From Mobula hypostoma (taxonomy: Eukaryota): a stretch of 64,000 bases of DNA. Shown here piece after piece: positions 24,707-38,400 of this stretch (position 1 is its first letter; each line of letters begins with the position of its first letter). The notes under the pieces were generated by a model. The model did not search any database. It was not told where the DNA came from and saw only the letters and a list, made by a program, of their open reading frames with translations. The stretch covers positions 51,214,001 to 51,278,000 of the forward strand of contig NC_086108.1 in the NCBI RefSeq assembly GCF_963921235.1, written 5' to 3'. The position numbers and the translations under genes were made by a program.

Positions 24707-26842
24707 TCAGAAAGTGATGATAAAATACAACAAGTCAATAGTATAGTCCATTACTTATGGGTAAGAGATGAGGAAAATTCAGTTGTAAAGCCAACTTTAT
24801 TAAATACACAAATCTGAAAATCAATCTTTCACTATTAGCTTTACGAAACTGACAACACATTCCTAACTTCATGTTTTAAGGCAACATATTGTTTTTGTCC
24901 ATTAAAAACTAAAACTCTTAATGATGTGCTAGGTTTTGGTCACTGTGATCCATCTTTTTAAACAAAACAAAATCACTTGAGCTGTCACAATAATCATCCC
25001 AAAATATTTACTGGAGAGCATTACTGCACAACTATTCCCAGATTCTTGCTGAAAATGAAATTATATAGCGAAATAGTATAAAGTTCAAAATTCATAACAG
25101 AGTGCCAAGATGACCAGTTCACTTCAAGTTCAGGTTACTATTTTCAAAGATGTGCTATTGAATACAGAGTAGTTTGATGGTAATCAGTATGCAAGTGCAA
25201 GCCTTTACCTAAATTACAATTTGGAAAAATTGCAGATTGCACAATACTATACCTTCACAACTTTTTAACTTGGCCCGAGTATTGGGTGCCATGTACCATT
25301 TATTAATGCAAATAACCCCCTCTGTTCTGCATACTTGTTACAAAAAGGAAGGGAAAAGTTGGCACAACAGTGGCACCTGGTGCACGTAGACCGATAAACA
25401 TACATAAGCATAGGTGAGGAATCAGAGATTGTCGAAAAGTACGACAATAGTGGGTGTGATGCCTTTGGAAGTTTCAGGGAAATCAAACAATTCTACCCAT
25501 GAGGGATGCATGCTCTCATGATTGAACCACACCAGTTATTAAGCGATACCTCCTCCAAGCCAGCAGAATTAAAGCCCACCTACCACTCCAGGCCATTATG
25601 CTGATGGCCACCAATTTACTCTATATTCTCTAATGATGAAGAACAGCAGTTGGTTCTCAAGAGGAATAACAACTATTATTTGCAACATATCACCCTTATG
25701 CAGTTTAAGCAGTTTCTATTCATCACACTCTCCATCACTCCCTTTCCCATGTTGCCCTGAAACTGCCTACAGACTTTTGCAAATTATTGCTTTGTTTGAA
25801 CCTGCTATCAAGTTGCGCATAAGTAAATACACATCATGGTTTTCCAGCATATTTTGTAATATATCTCAAAGGATTTGGCTTTTTGTGCAAATAGACGCCA
25901 GAGAGAAAAAAAATGGAAAATATCAGATGTCAGAGAATCTGTGTCACTGTTCTAGCCCAAGACAAATTTTCACTGTTTTAGAAGGAAAGGCAGATCCAAT
26001 GAAAGCTTGGTATTAAGCCAACTTAAGCTAACTTGGAAAACAATGAACTTCAGTCAAAGGATTTGCTTCTTCACTTCCAATACAGTACATATGGAGCTCC
26101 AACATTCAAAGTTTATAATTGCACTTTGTAGGTTAACTGTTAAAATGCAATACCTAAAAGCCACAAGACTATTTCTGCCTACTTGCCAAAATTTATCTAA
26201 AATGACACTGTAAAAAGGCAATACTACTAAGCAACTAGCTTATGCAGTACATAAATGCAAACTGGAGGCCTTGATTGCCATACAAGTTATCATGATGATT
26301 GTGCACATTTCATAATAAATGGATGACATAACTTTCTTGCCTCCTTTGCAGGTTGCCAAAAATCTAGAATCACCATTTATATGAAGTTCAAATAATCCAC
26401 ATTTGAGCACGAAACCCAAAATTCAAGAGGAACCCAAAATTCCAAATTTTGAATGATTCCATGTCAAGAATAAAAATTTATAGATTGTGATTAGTAATTT
26501 ACATTATTACCCTTCAAGGATAAGCTGATGTTCCCAAAATCACACTGCAAATTAATTAAAGATTCCAGGACCTGAATCAACTAGCCTTCTCTATATAAAC
26601 AAACCAATGGCTTATGTTTTTATTGTTTAACATTTTGCAACTATTAATAATCCTCACTTTTACATTAATACCTGGCAGCAGTCACTAAGTCATGGATGGC
26701 AAAATGATTGTTGACCCAAATCTCTTATAAATTAAAAATGTTTGCTTCAATTACCTTAACAATTAAGTATGATAACTAGGATTAGCAGCTTCAAATTTAT
26801 TGTTGAAGTGCCCAATTGCTTATAATTTATAAGATTCAAATA

Positions 26843-29215
26843 CCGTAAATTCCGGTGTATAAGCCGAGAATGTGGCCCTAAATTTTGGTCCTAAAATTAG
26901 AGGGTCGGCCTATACAGAGGGTGCCAACTTTGGAAAAACAAATACACGGAAGACAGGTCGTATTTATTGCCTGTTCTTGAGTCAAATTCGTTCCACTGTC
27001 GATGCATGAATTCTTTGAATGGTTTGTTTAAACTCGCATCTAGTGGCTGGAGCATGGACATCAAACCACTGGGGATGACTGCAATGTCCATATTTTCAGC
27101 TTTAAATGCTGCTATTGTCTCACCTGACAAGTGCGCTTTGAACATGTCCCAGACAAGTAGCGACTTTTCCTTCCCGAAACCTTCGGGACGTCGATGCCAC
27201 ACCTCTAACTCACTTCAAGCAACCCACTTCATCCATCCAGCAGCGTTTTTGGACGTAAACAACAACACCCCACGGAATTTTCTGAGCAGTTTTTGTTTTT
27301 TGTTTCAACACAAGATCACGTCTATTCATAAATCGGATGCACCAACTTCGCGTAGCTTTGAAATTTTCGCTGACCTCACGGTGTTTTTCGTCCCATTTCA
27401 ACGCCTGAACTCGAATCATTTCTCTGGTAACAATGTATCCAGACAATCGCTGGTGATTCACCCACTCTACAACTTTTTCTTCCAGTTCCGGCCACTGGAA
27501 TGTTTTCCCGCGGTTTGCAAATTTTGCCTTTGGCATTTCCCTCAGCGTGCCCTCTGCCTTTCTCCACTCTCTCCCTTGTGTCACATTTACACCAAACTTC
27601 TTAGTAGCTGCAGAATTATTCGTTCCTTGAGCAAAATCAACAACCTTCAGCTTGAAGCCAGCATCATATCACATTCATTTTAATCTTTTGTACATGGTGG
27701 TTGCAAACTCAATACTGAGTACACGTACTGATCCCGCCACCCCGTGTTATGTTTTAATGAGATTACAATAGGCGCTAAATGGTTTCATGGGGGTTACATT
27801 TCAGAGGATTCTTTACCATTGGAGACCTAATCCAAAATTTCCCTCCCTGATTTATTTATTAAGAATTCGCTTATAACGCTCTACAATGTGTAGGCCTGTT
27901 TTCTTAGCAGGTGGATGATGTGGATGGAGAATTGGTTAGCAGACAGGAAGCAAAGAGTGGGAATAAACGGGACCTTTTCAGAATGGCAGGCGGTGACTAG
28001 TGGGGTACCGCAAGGTTCAGTGCTGGGACCCCAGTTGTTTACAATATATATTAATGACTTGGATGAGGGAATTAAATGCAGCATCTCCAAGTTTGCGGAT
28101 GACACGAAGGTGGGTGGCAGTGTTAGCTGTGAGGAGGATGCTAAGAGGATGCAGAGTGACTTGGATAGGTTGGGTGAGTGGGCAAATTCGTGGCAGATGC
28201 AATTTAATGTGGATAAATGTGAAGTTATCCACTTTGGTGGCAAAAATAGGAAAACAGATTATTATCTGAATGGTGGCCAATTAGGAAAAGGGGAGGTGCA
28301 ACGAGACCTGGGTGTCATTATACACCAGTCATTGAAAGTGGGCATGCAGGTACAGCAGGCGGTGAAAAAGGCGAATGGTATGCTGGCATTTATAGCGAGA
28401 GGATTCGAGGACAGGAGCAGGGAGGTACTGCTGCAGTTGTACAAGGCCTTGGTGAGACCACACCTGGAGTATTGTGTGCAGTTTTGGTCCCCTAATCTGA
28501 GGAAAGACATCCTTGCCATAGAGGGAGTACAAAGAAGGTTCACCAGATTGATTCCTGGGATGGCAGGACTTTCATATGAAGAAAGACTGGATGAACTGGG
28601 CTTGTACTCGTTGGAATTTAGAAGATTGAGGGGGGATCTGATTGAAACGTATAAAATCCTAAAGGGATTGGACAGGCTAGATGCAGGAAGATTGTTCCCG
28701 ATGTTGGGGAAGTCCAGAATGAGGGGTCACAGTTTGAGGATAAAGGGGAAGCCTTTTAGGACCGAGATTAGGAAAAACTTCTTCACATAGAGAGTGGTGA
28801 ATCTGTGGAATTCTCTGCCACAGGAAACAGTTGAGGCCAGTTCATTGGCTATATTTAAGAGGGAGTTAGATATGGCCCTTGTGGCTACGAGGATCGGGGG
28901 TATGGAGGGAAGGCTGGGGCAGGGTTCTGAGTTGGATGATCAGCCATGATCATAATAAATGGTGGTGAGGCTCGAAGGGCCAAATGGCCCACTCCTGCAC
29001 CTATTTTCTATGTTTCTATGTACTGGTTTACAAAATTTTCAGGTTCCGGATCTGGCAAAGCTGAGTACTGGCATGTGAGATCTTGGGATCTTTTCTGGTT
29101 AAATCAAAAACCTCTACAAAAGGGGTTAGCTTATACAAAAGTTACAAGAAAAAATCACTTTTTTAACCTTGAAAATGGGGGGGGGCGGGGTCAGCTTATA
29201 CTCCAGAATATACGG
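26843..29215 (-). mobile_element. pogo-family (POGK/Passer-like) DNA transposon, internally deleted and interrupted by a CR1
   Basis: TIRs CCGTAAATTCCGGTGTATAAGC...GCTTATACTCCAGAATATACGG with TA on both flanks. Brinker-like YDAGFKLKVV, CENP-B HTH WPELEEKVVEWV...FKATRSWCIRFM, and DDE LLVWDMFKAH...LQPLDASLNKPFK. Confidence 0.88.
27914..29021 (+). mobile_element. CR1 LINE 3' portion, relatively young (291-codon open RT fragment)
   Basis: SGVPQGSVLGP, KFADDTK, RPHLEYCVQFWSP, RRLRGDLIE; tail ttctatgtttctatgt. Confidence 0.93.
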
Positions 29216-29280
29216 TAGCCCAAAAATTTATATTTAGCGGTTGAGAACAGATTTTAAACAACAAAATCTCATTACAAGTA

Positions 29281-30446
29281 CAGTGAATTCCAGTTAAATG
29301 GGCCATCAGTTAATCGACACACTAACTTAAAGAACAAAAATGGGCCATGGTAACATAGTAGTTAGCTTGACACTCTTACAGTCTGGAATGTAGCAGTTCT
29401 GAGTTCAATCAAGGCACTTTCTAAGGAACCTCTGCACATTTTTCCCCTGGAATGAGTGGGTTTTCACCGGGTGCTCCCGTGATTACATGAGGGTTAGATC
29501 AGAGTCGTCGGGGATTGCTGGGCAGCGCTGCTCGAAGGGCCTATTACATTTCCTACTGCCCACTGTATCTCTAAATAAAATAAACAAAACTAAATGAAAC
29601 CCAATTAAGAAAATAATCAGGATTCCCTTTGTTTATTTGGGACACTATGCCTTTTAATTAGGACAGGAGGCTGTTGCCAAACAGTTTGCTATCGTGTGGC
29701 TATTAGACACTACACCAAGCATAGAGCTTTAGTTGCACGTGCTTGTGTTATGTTATTCATTGGGGTGATGGATGCCGGTTCAAAAAGCTGTGGTTTTTAT
29801 CATTTTGCTTTTTATTTTGACTTTAAAAAATTTCAGATCCTTGCCAAGATGCCAAGAAAAGATCTGACATTATCCAAAAAAAATTACTCTACTGTACCAA
29901 ATTAAAAGCTATCCTCTTTTATCGTGCCGCATCGGATGGTTCCTTTTGCTACAAACACACAACACTATCAGGTTCAAAGAAAGCAATGTATCACATAACT
30001 GTGTTGTGTTGCTCAAATATGTCAGGAACTGATTTTAAAAAATTGTTAGTTATTGGGAAAAACCTTAAGCCTCAATGCTTTAAGATAGTTCACCAAACAA
30101 GTACTATTGGTATAATCTAAATTTATTGTTAAATTACAGCACTACTTCATGCAGTTAGGCAATGAAGGCAGTCCATTATCTGCACTAGGTAGCTGTGCTG
30201 ATTTTGTTCATTTACAGCCGATCATAGGAACACGGCAGCATACATTGGATGAATTCCTCCGCTGATAACTATATAGTAGTGGTATTCTAATTTCTTCTGT
30301 ATTTACTTTAAATACAATTTGTTTCTCAGTTAAATGGCAGCTTGTCTTTTTTATAACTTTTTAACTATTTTGAAGAAGCTTCGGCTAATTGGGGGAGCCA
30401 CTTAATTGAGCTAAACTGATTTGTGCCAGTTAACAGGAATCCACTG
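29281..30446 (+). mobile_element. Tigger-like family 2 non-autonomous DNA transposon
   Basis: TA-CAGTGAATTCCAGTTAA ... TTAACAGGAATCCACTG-TA; remnant of a transposase start MPRKDLTLSKK near 29850. Confidence 0.75.
29341..29585 (+). mobile_element. Degraded tRNA-derived SINE (V-SINE-like) nested in the DNA transposon
   Basis: A-box-like taacatagtagtt, B-box-like gagttcaatc, central gtgggttttcaccgggtgctcc motif and an A-rich tail ctctaaataaaataaa. Confidence 0.55.
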
Positions 30447-32699
30447 TACTATCAACGCAGACACAATGTAATTATCTGCAGCTGAGAACAAAGAGACAAA
30501 ATATCCTGACATGATAAATAGAAGTCAATAGATTTTCATATTAAAAGAGCAAATCTTTCATAAATTATGATCTAAATTCAAAGTTCAAGCCTCTGCAATA
30601 TAAATTCCTCTATTTCACAATAATATTTTCTGTCTGGATAGGCTTTCAACACTTCAGATTCATAAGTTAATCTTCAAAACTGATGGAGGCTCATAGATCC
30701 AAAGGCATTTAAAAAAGAAAAATGAAAAGTTTGGTAATTTTCTTACATTTACAAAAAATGAATATGTTTGCATTAAAATGATTCTACGATTCAAATTAAT
30801 AACATTGCAGCCAGAAGATTTAACCACCAGCCTAATGGTTTGATAATACTAAGAATGTATACTACCTGAATTAGGTGATAAGCTACTGAAAGATAACAAG
30901 AGATTAATGGTGTTACATTAGGTATACTGGACTTGGATTATTAAGATTAATTACCATGACACAGAATATTTCAACAAAGTGTGTAATATACATTTGCAAA
31001 CAGTTAACTGTGAAAAAAAATGTGTATTCAACTGTCAGCAAAGAGCTAGCTTTTACTTAAAAGCCACCATGGTTGGTCAAAATTTCATTTCCTTCCAACC
31101 CTCTGAAGGTTTTGCCAAGAATTTTTGAATGTTTTTTCTTTGTCCCAAGGGGTCTGCAGACAATGCAATACTACTTTCCACCCAGATAAAGCTCTGTGAA
31201 GTAATCAATGAATGATCACCACATACAGTTTCTGGCACTGCACGAGCAGAAAGTTGCTTTTGCAAATGGAATGCTGGAACCTATTCTTGTACAACAATGA
31301 AGTGAATTTGGCAGAGCAAGAAAAATACTTCAAATCCACACCATTACAAATAATACTTGTACCCTTGATTAATCCCCCCACCTCAATATATATGGAAAAT
31401 TATATACATACTGTCGTCTGCTCCTGGCTTTCCAACCCTTCTCATAACAATAAATCCCATCTTTGCTTTATAGTCATAAAGGGGCTGAGGTGGGCATAGA
31501 AGAGGGCAATATTACAAAAGTAGGGAAAAAAATATGAAAATTATGTACCTACATTCCTTACTGGATGCAATAAAAGGAACTAAAGTTAACAGGGAAAAGC
31601 CCTACTCAGATTAGACACCATCTGCCTGTTTTTTTCCCCCAACGTGGCCCAGGCACACCTTTCTACTGAGAGCTCTGTTCTCACAAAAAAAAAGCATGGC
31701 ATAGTGCAGCATAGAGGCTGCTTCAGCACAAAAACAGCTGTATGACAAAATGGCTTTGATAGACTTCAAGATCATGCCCAGAATATCAGTAGCTGTTAAA
31801 AGTTCACACTGTTTATTGGAAATTATTTTGGATTCATTAATATTGAAAATCACTTGCAATAAAACAAAAATGCTAAATAGCTGAAGATTAAATAAAATTA
31901 CACATTAAAAGTTTAACTTCATTTAGTAAAAAACTAAAATTCTAGTAATCTTTCTCCTTGTAGCCAATTTATCCCATTTACTTCCATAGGATTGCTTTTC
32001 AGCCTGTCACTGGGGAAGCTTGCTGAAATACGAGCTGCCGTATTGGATTTCATAACAAATCCATCCAATAATTCATGAGCAAACAGCAGCACGGTCAACC
32101 AGCTAGAAAATGCTGCTGACAGTTCTATAAGGCAATGGCAGCATCAAATTTTGGGACTTGTACAGAGAAATGCAAAAAGTTAGCCCCAGGAACTTTGAAT
32201 CGGCATCCAAAATCAGATATTGACGTCTGGAGGCTCTGAAATTCCTGGTGAAGTGATAAAGAGGTTAAAGCTTTTGACACATTTGTAATACCAGACCTCA
32301 AATTTTAAAATATTACAAAGGGGTAACAGGAGATGAGGAAACGGGGGACAAGGAAATAACTTCAGGCAAGCCACTAGCCCAATTTTCCATTATATTATGC
32401 CTCAAGAGTTTTATGCATGAGGATTATAGGCTTTCTGGATATGCAGTCTTTCTTAAAAAATATGATGTCAATCGTTAACATTTCAGTTACATAACTCAAG
32501 TGCAAAAAAAAAACCCACTAATAACATTAGAACATAATGCAACAGAGAAACAAGCCTTTTGGCCTACCAACTATGCTGACCATGGTGCTATCTTAAACTG
32601 CACATCACCAGCACTTAGTCTATATCACTCTATTCCCTACCTACTCATATGCCTATTTTGTACTTCTTAAACATTGCTGTTATTTCTGCTTCAAACACA

Positions 32700-33346
32700 A
32701 ATGAAATGTTCGCATTCATTTCTAGAGGTATAGGATATAAGAGCAGGGATGTGATGGTGAGGCTCTATAAGGCACTCGTGAGACCACACTTGAAACTATT
32801 GTGTGCAGTTTTGGGCTCCTTATTTTAGGAAAGATGTACTGACATTGGAGAGGGTTCAGAGAAGATTCACGAGAATAATTCCAGGAATAAAAGGGTTACC
32901 GTATGAGGAAAGTCTGCCAGCTCTTAGGCTGTATTCCCTGGAGTTCAGGAAAATGAGGGAGGATCTCAATGAAACATTCAGAATGTTAAAAGGCCTGAAC
33001 AGATTAGTTATGGCAAAGTTATTTCCCATGGTAGGGGATTCTAGGACAAGAGGGCACGACTTCAGGATTGAAGGACATCCTTTTAGAACTGAGATGCGGA
33101 GAAATTACTTTAGTCAGAGTTTAGTAAATCTGTGGAATTTGTTGCCACTAGCGGCTGTGGAGGCCAAGTCATTGGGTGTATTTAAGGCAGAGATAGATAG
33201 GTCCTTGATTAGCCAGGGCATCAAATGGTTGGGGTGAAGACAGGGGAACGAGAATGACTGGAAGAATTGGATCAGCCCAGGATTGAATGGCGGAGCAGAC
33301 TCAATGCACCGAATGGCCTATTTCTGCTCCTATATCTTATGGTCTT
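32700..33346 (+). mobile_element. CR1 LINE 3' fragment
   Basis: QFWAPYFRKDVLTLERVQRRFTR...TRGH; tail ctgctcctatatcttatggtctt. Confidence 0.9.
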
Positions 33347-35317
33347 TCTTAGCAGCATGTTCCACATATCTTTCACTGTGTAAAATAGGTTTCCCATAAA
33401 ATCTCATTTAGACTTTTCCTACTCTCAACCAGTGTTTGACATTTTCATCCTCGGGGTAAAAATCTACCCACCCAATCTATGCCTCTTTTTTTTTGTAATT
33501 TATTTTTTATTGAATTTCATCATCAAACATTTCCATAAGATGTATTTCAGATACTGTACATATATATCATAATATTTGTCACAAATCTCCATATAATATT
33601 CATCTGAGATATACACTTACAGAAAGGAGAGGAAAGAAAGAACAATCGAAAGAATAAAACTATGTACAGAGTAGGGTTACAACATATTCATTGACTTGTG
33701 AGAATAAAATCAGGCCTATGAGGTGTTATGTAGTTAAACCATTTTTTTCCAGTATGAATCAAATTCTTCTAACTTATAGTTAACAGATGCTGTTATCTTC
33801 TCCATTTTGTAAATGTCCATTGTAATTTCCATACATACATTTAAAGTTGGGCTCTCCTGTGATAACCATTTCCTGGTAAGGGTCTTTTTACCAGCCACCA
33901 GCAGTACATTCATTAAATATTTATCTCTTTTCAACCATTCTTGAGGTATATACCCAAAATATATGGTCTTACTCTCCAAGGGTATTTCACATTTAAAGAT
34001 GTCTTGTGGGGCATTATGTATCCCACTCCAATAGTCTTTGATAACGGAGCATTCCCAGAAAATATGATAATGGTTTGCATTTTGATTTCCACAATTTCTC
34101 CAGCAAACAGGGAGTTTACTACCATAATGGGATTTCTGAGAGGGTGTAATATCATATCAAGTTTTTCCACGCAAACTCCCTCCATTTCTGTGAACTGGTA
34201 CACTTCCATTGATACCTTCATATTATTGTCCAATCTTCCTCAGATATTATTATCCCTCCTTCCTTCTCCCATTTTGTTTTAATGTATGAAGTCGAATGTG
34301 TTTTAAGATTTGACAAGATCCTTATATACGCTTGAAATTATTCTACTACCATTGTCTGAATTATATGCTTTTCTAAATAACTCTATCAGACATGTACTTG
34401 CCTTGGTTACATTTTTAACTGTCCTATTAACATACTGTCGCATCTGTAAATACCAGTAAAAGTCTTGTTTCTCTAATAAGTGTTTCTCTCTGAGCATTTC
34501 AATACTGAACAGTGTTCCTTCTTTCATTATATTGCAAATAGCTGTTATTCCTTTAGCTGTCCAGTCCTTAATTCTAGCATCCAGTTTATTCGGCGTAAAA
34601 TCCGAGTCATATGCACACCACTTGAGAACTGCAATGACTCTCTCTAGTTTATATTCTTTTATAATAGTTTTCCATATTTTAAGAGCCCATTTTACTTGTC
34701 AATATTATTTATGAAACTTTGTAGGTTATCAGTCTGTACGAGGATGGAAAGTATCCTCTCCTCAATGTTTTGCCATTGAGGGCCATATGATAGGTTGCAC
34801 CAGCATATCACAGCTCTCAACTGTGCTGCAAAATAATAATCTCTAAGAGAAGGTAGGCCGAATCCCCTCTTTTCCTTGGCTAATTGCAAAGTTTTGAGAC
34901 GAACCCTAGGCCTTTTACCTTGCCATATATATCTTGATAGCATCTTGTTCCATTCTTTGAATGGATTCATCTCTATTGGTAGGGTCTGAAAGAGATATAG
35001 TAGTCTGGGCAGTATATTCATTTTAATAGATTTAATCCTTGAACTGAGACCAAGAAAAGGAATTAGGTTCCATATATCTTCCTTAATTTTTTATATATAG
35101 GCTGATAATTGCATTCTGATAACTTTGCCAAATCTTTTGGCATAATGATGCCCAAGTATTTGACGGACTCTGTTTGCCATGCCCAAGGATATCTACTTAC
35201 AATTTCTCTTGGTGGGCTATAGTTATATGAAAGTAGTTGGGTTTTATCTATGTTGATCTTGCATCCTGATAATTGGCCATATTGTTCAAAAGATTGCATC
35301 AATTTAGGTAAAGAGTA

Positions 35318-35451
35318 AACACAAAATAATCTACAGATGCTGGGGTCAAAGCAACACTCACAACACACTGGAGGAACTCAGCAGGTGGGGCAGCACCCGT
35401 GGAAAAGAACAGTCAACGTTTCAGGCCGGAACCCTTCGTCAGGACTGAAAA
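35318..35451 (-). mobile_element. 134-bp single-arm Penelope-derived mini-element inserted in the L1 RT
   Basis: Same terminal-repeat sequence as the other copies. Perfect TSD AGGTAAAGAGTA at 35306-35317 and 35452-35463. Removal restores YLGQPTYSLPKLMQSF. Confidence 0.9.
35411..35446 (-). ncRNA. Minimal hammerhead ribozyme motif
   Basis: Minus strand reads AGUC-CUGACGA-A-GGGU(UCCG)GCCU-GAAAC-GUU-GACU; cores and stem I intact, GUU triplet. Confidence 0.75.
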
Positions 35452-38400
35452 AGGTAAAGAGTATGTTGGTTGCCCTAGATACATCAAAATGTCATCTGTG
35501 TAACAGGCCAAATTATGCTCTGTCCCTTTAATAGTAATTCCCCTGATATCTTCACTATGTCTGATGCATTGAGCTAGTGGTTCCAGATATAATGTGAGGA
35601 GTACCGGTGACCATGCACAACCCTGTCTCGTGCCCCTTTCTAGGGTAAAACTATTAGATGAATATCCATTGATATTAATCCTGGCAGTAGGATTGTCGTG
35701 TAGTGCCTGCATAGTTTTAATAATTGTGTGATGTAGACCATAGCTATGTAAAACTCTGTAAAGAAAATTCCAATTAACCGAATCAAATGCCTTTTCAGCG
35801 TCCACACTTATCACTATTGTTTCAATTTCATTTTTTTGTATATGATCCATAATGTGAAGTGTCCTTCATATATTGTCCTGTGTTTGGCATTGTTGTATAA
35901 AACCTATCTAATCATTATGTATCAGTGTGAGTAGAAACTCTACTAATCGTTTGGCCATGATGGAGGTAAATATTCTATAATCCACATTAAGAACAGATAC
36001 TGGTCTAAAAGACCCACATTCCATTTTATCCTTGCCTTCTTTTGGTATAGCTGAGATTATTGCCTTCTTCCAGCTGGATGCCATTTGCGCCTTTCTTAGA
36101 GCCCAGTTCAGTGTGGGGAGTAAAACAGGAATTAACTCATTTCTAAGCTCCTTATACCACTCTGCCGTATATCCATCTGATCCTGGTGACTTGCTTAATT
36201 TAAGGCTACTAATTGCAGTTTCCAGTTCAGCTTCAATTATGTTAGCAGTCATCGTTCTATTTTGTTCTGTGCTTAAAGTGGATAACTCTGAAGAATTCAG
36301 GAAGGTATCAATTTGGGTTATGCTTCCCCCTGGAACTTCGGAATATAGAGTTTTGTAAAACATTTCGAAGGCTTCTTGAATTTCATTTAGCTTATTTTTT
36401 TTTAACCACTTTTGTTCTTGGATCCCTAATTTTATGAATTGTATTTTCTGATATCTTATTTTTCAGTTTCCACACCAGTATTTTCATAGATTTAGATCCA
36501 CTTTCATAGTGTCTCTGTTTCAGAAACATTAAATTTTTTCTAACTTCTTGTGTAGCCAAACTATTAATTTCATTCCTAATTTTTTTAATTTCCCCTGTGT
36601 ATCCTGTGCCAAATTCAATTTGCGTTTTTTTTTCTAGTTCCTTCTGCTTATTTTGTAATTCCTCTAATGTTTTATTCCTTTTAGTTTCCAAATCGTATTC
36701 TTTGGTTGTAGGTCAAAATCAACTGATAAATATATAGGTGCATGGTCATTTACATCTATTGTCCCAATTCCACAGGTGATTATTTTGTCTTTATCTTTTC
36801 CAAATGTTATGAAATAGTCTATTCTTGTATATATGGACTGAGCGGGGGGGGGGGTGGGGGGCAGAATAATGAGTGTAATCCCTTCTGTCGGGGAAAAGGT
36901 TCCTCCATTTATCAATTAGACCAACATCCTCAAAAAGAGTGTTAACTTTCTTATGCAAGGACTTTGTTTCAAAAGTTTTTCTATTGGAAGGGTCTAACTT
37001 TAGTTGTAATTGTAAATTTAAGTCTCCCCCATATATCAAGAGACCTTCTGTTTCCATTACCATAATATTAGTAATTTTCTGGAAGAAACTAACATCACTT
37101 TCTGGGGGTGCGTATATATTCAATAAAGTAACTGGATTTCCGTCTATATTCCCCCTTACCAGAATATATCTGCCCCCCTTATCTCCCATTTCGAATACTT
37201 TTTCAAAATTTACCTTAATTGAAATGAGAATAGCAATTCCTCTTCTATGTCCTGATTTATATGAGGAGAAAAACAAATTAGTGAAGCCCATTCTCTTTAA
37301 TTTTCCATGCTCATTATCACTTAAATGAGTTTCCTGTAAATATACTACATCGGCTTGTTCTTTTTTCATTTTTGATAGAATTTTACTGTGCTTGACTGGA
37401 TTCAACAGCCCACTGACATTAAAGGAAATGAATTTGACTTTGTCCTTAGCCATGTGTATTTATCTGTTAGTATATCATTGAAATTTGCAGAATATAACTT
37501 AATCGATCTACTCCCTGAACAAGTAAGAGCCAAGAAACACGAATAATAAAAAAAAGGTAACAAAGGTGTGATTCCAAGGCTGGGGTCTCTAGATGACCCT
37601 GGGTTGAGCTAGAAGAAACGTCTAGCCGTGGGGGATAGCCCCTTTTACCTGTGAGTTGAGGACCCCCACTGCAGTACCTATAAAAGTAAGTTAAAAAATC
37701 TATGTCTATTACACAGAAATAATTTCCCTGTATATTCCTCCCATGTATATATTCTCATTTAGGTGGGGAAAAAGGAATGAATGAATGAATTTAAAATAAT
37801 TGAGTTATATAAAATCCACATTATAATACGTATTTCTCAAGATAGGTATATCACTGTTTATTTTTGCTTCAGTTTAGTTTATCAGCACTATTAAAGTTAG
37901 CCAAACCTTCTGGCTCTTCTGGAGGAGGCAAGGGCTGTCTTCGGAGAACTCACAGTCTCTTCCTAATATCCTTCTCTTGTCCTGTTCCTGTCCCCTACTT
38001 TCTCGGTTCTCTTACTATTTGCCAAGCAAATCGGGATAACTGCTCAGCCAGACTTTCCCTTGATTTGATCACGCTGACGGGCAGTCCTTTGTTCTTCATG
38101 TCTGTAGTTGCCTCTTCCACAGTCTGATATAGTCGTATCTCTTCTTGGTAAAATACCCTCAGTTTAGCAGGGTATGGGGTTTGGAATTTAATCTTTTCTT
38201 GCTTTAATATTCGTTTTGCTTCGGAATATTCCTTCCATTTCTGTAGGACCACCGGGGGGGGGGAATCATGATCGAAGTATATTAACCTCCCATTCCAAAA
38301 AACCCTCTTCTTACCCAAGTCCTTCGTAGAATCTCCGCCTTGCTCTTGAATCGAAGGAATCTAAGTACTATTGAGCGCGGTTTACTTTCTCTGTCTCCGG

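Noticed and set aside
26897..27690. POGK gene, or the 238-aa plus-strand ORF at 26967-27683 as a novel protein
   Set aside because: The minus strand is a frameshifted, deleted transposase within TIRs; the plus ORF is its antisense shadow.
27915..28790. Functional reverse transcriptase gene
   Set aside because: 5'-truncated CR1 fragment lacking the endonuclease and the first RT motifs, with a premature stop.
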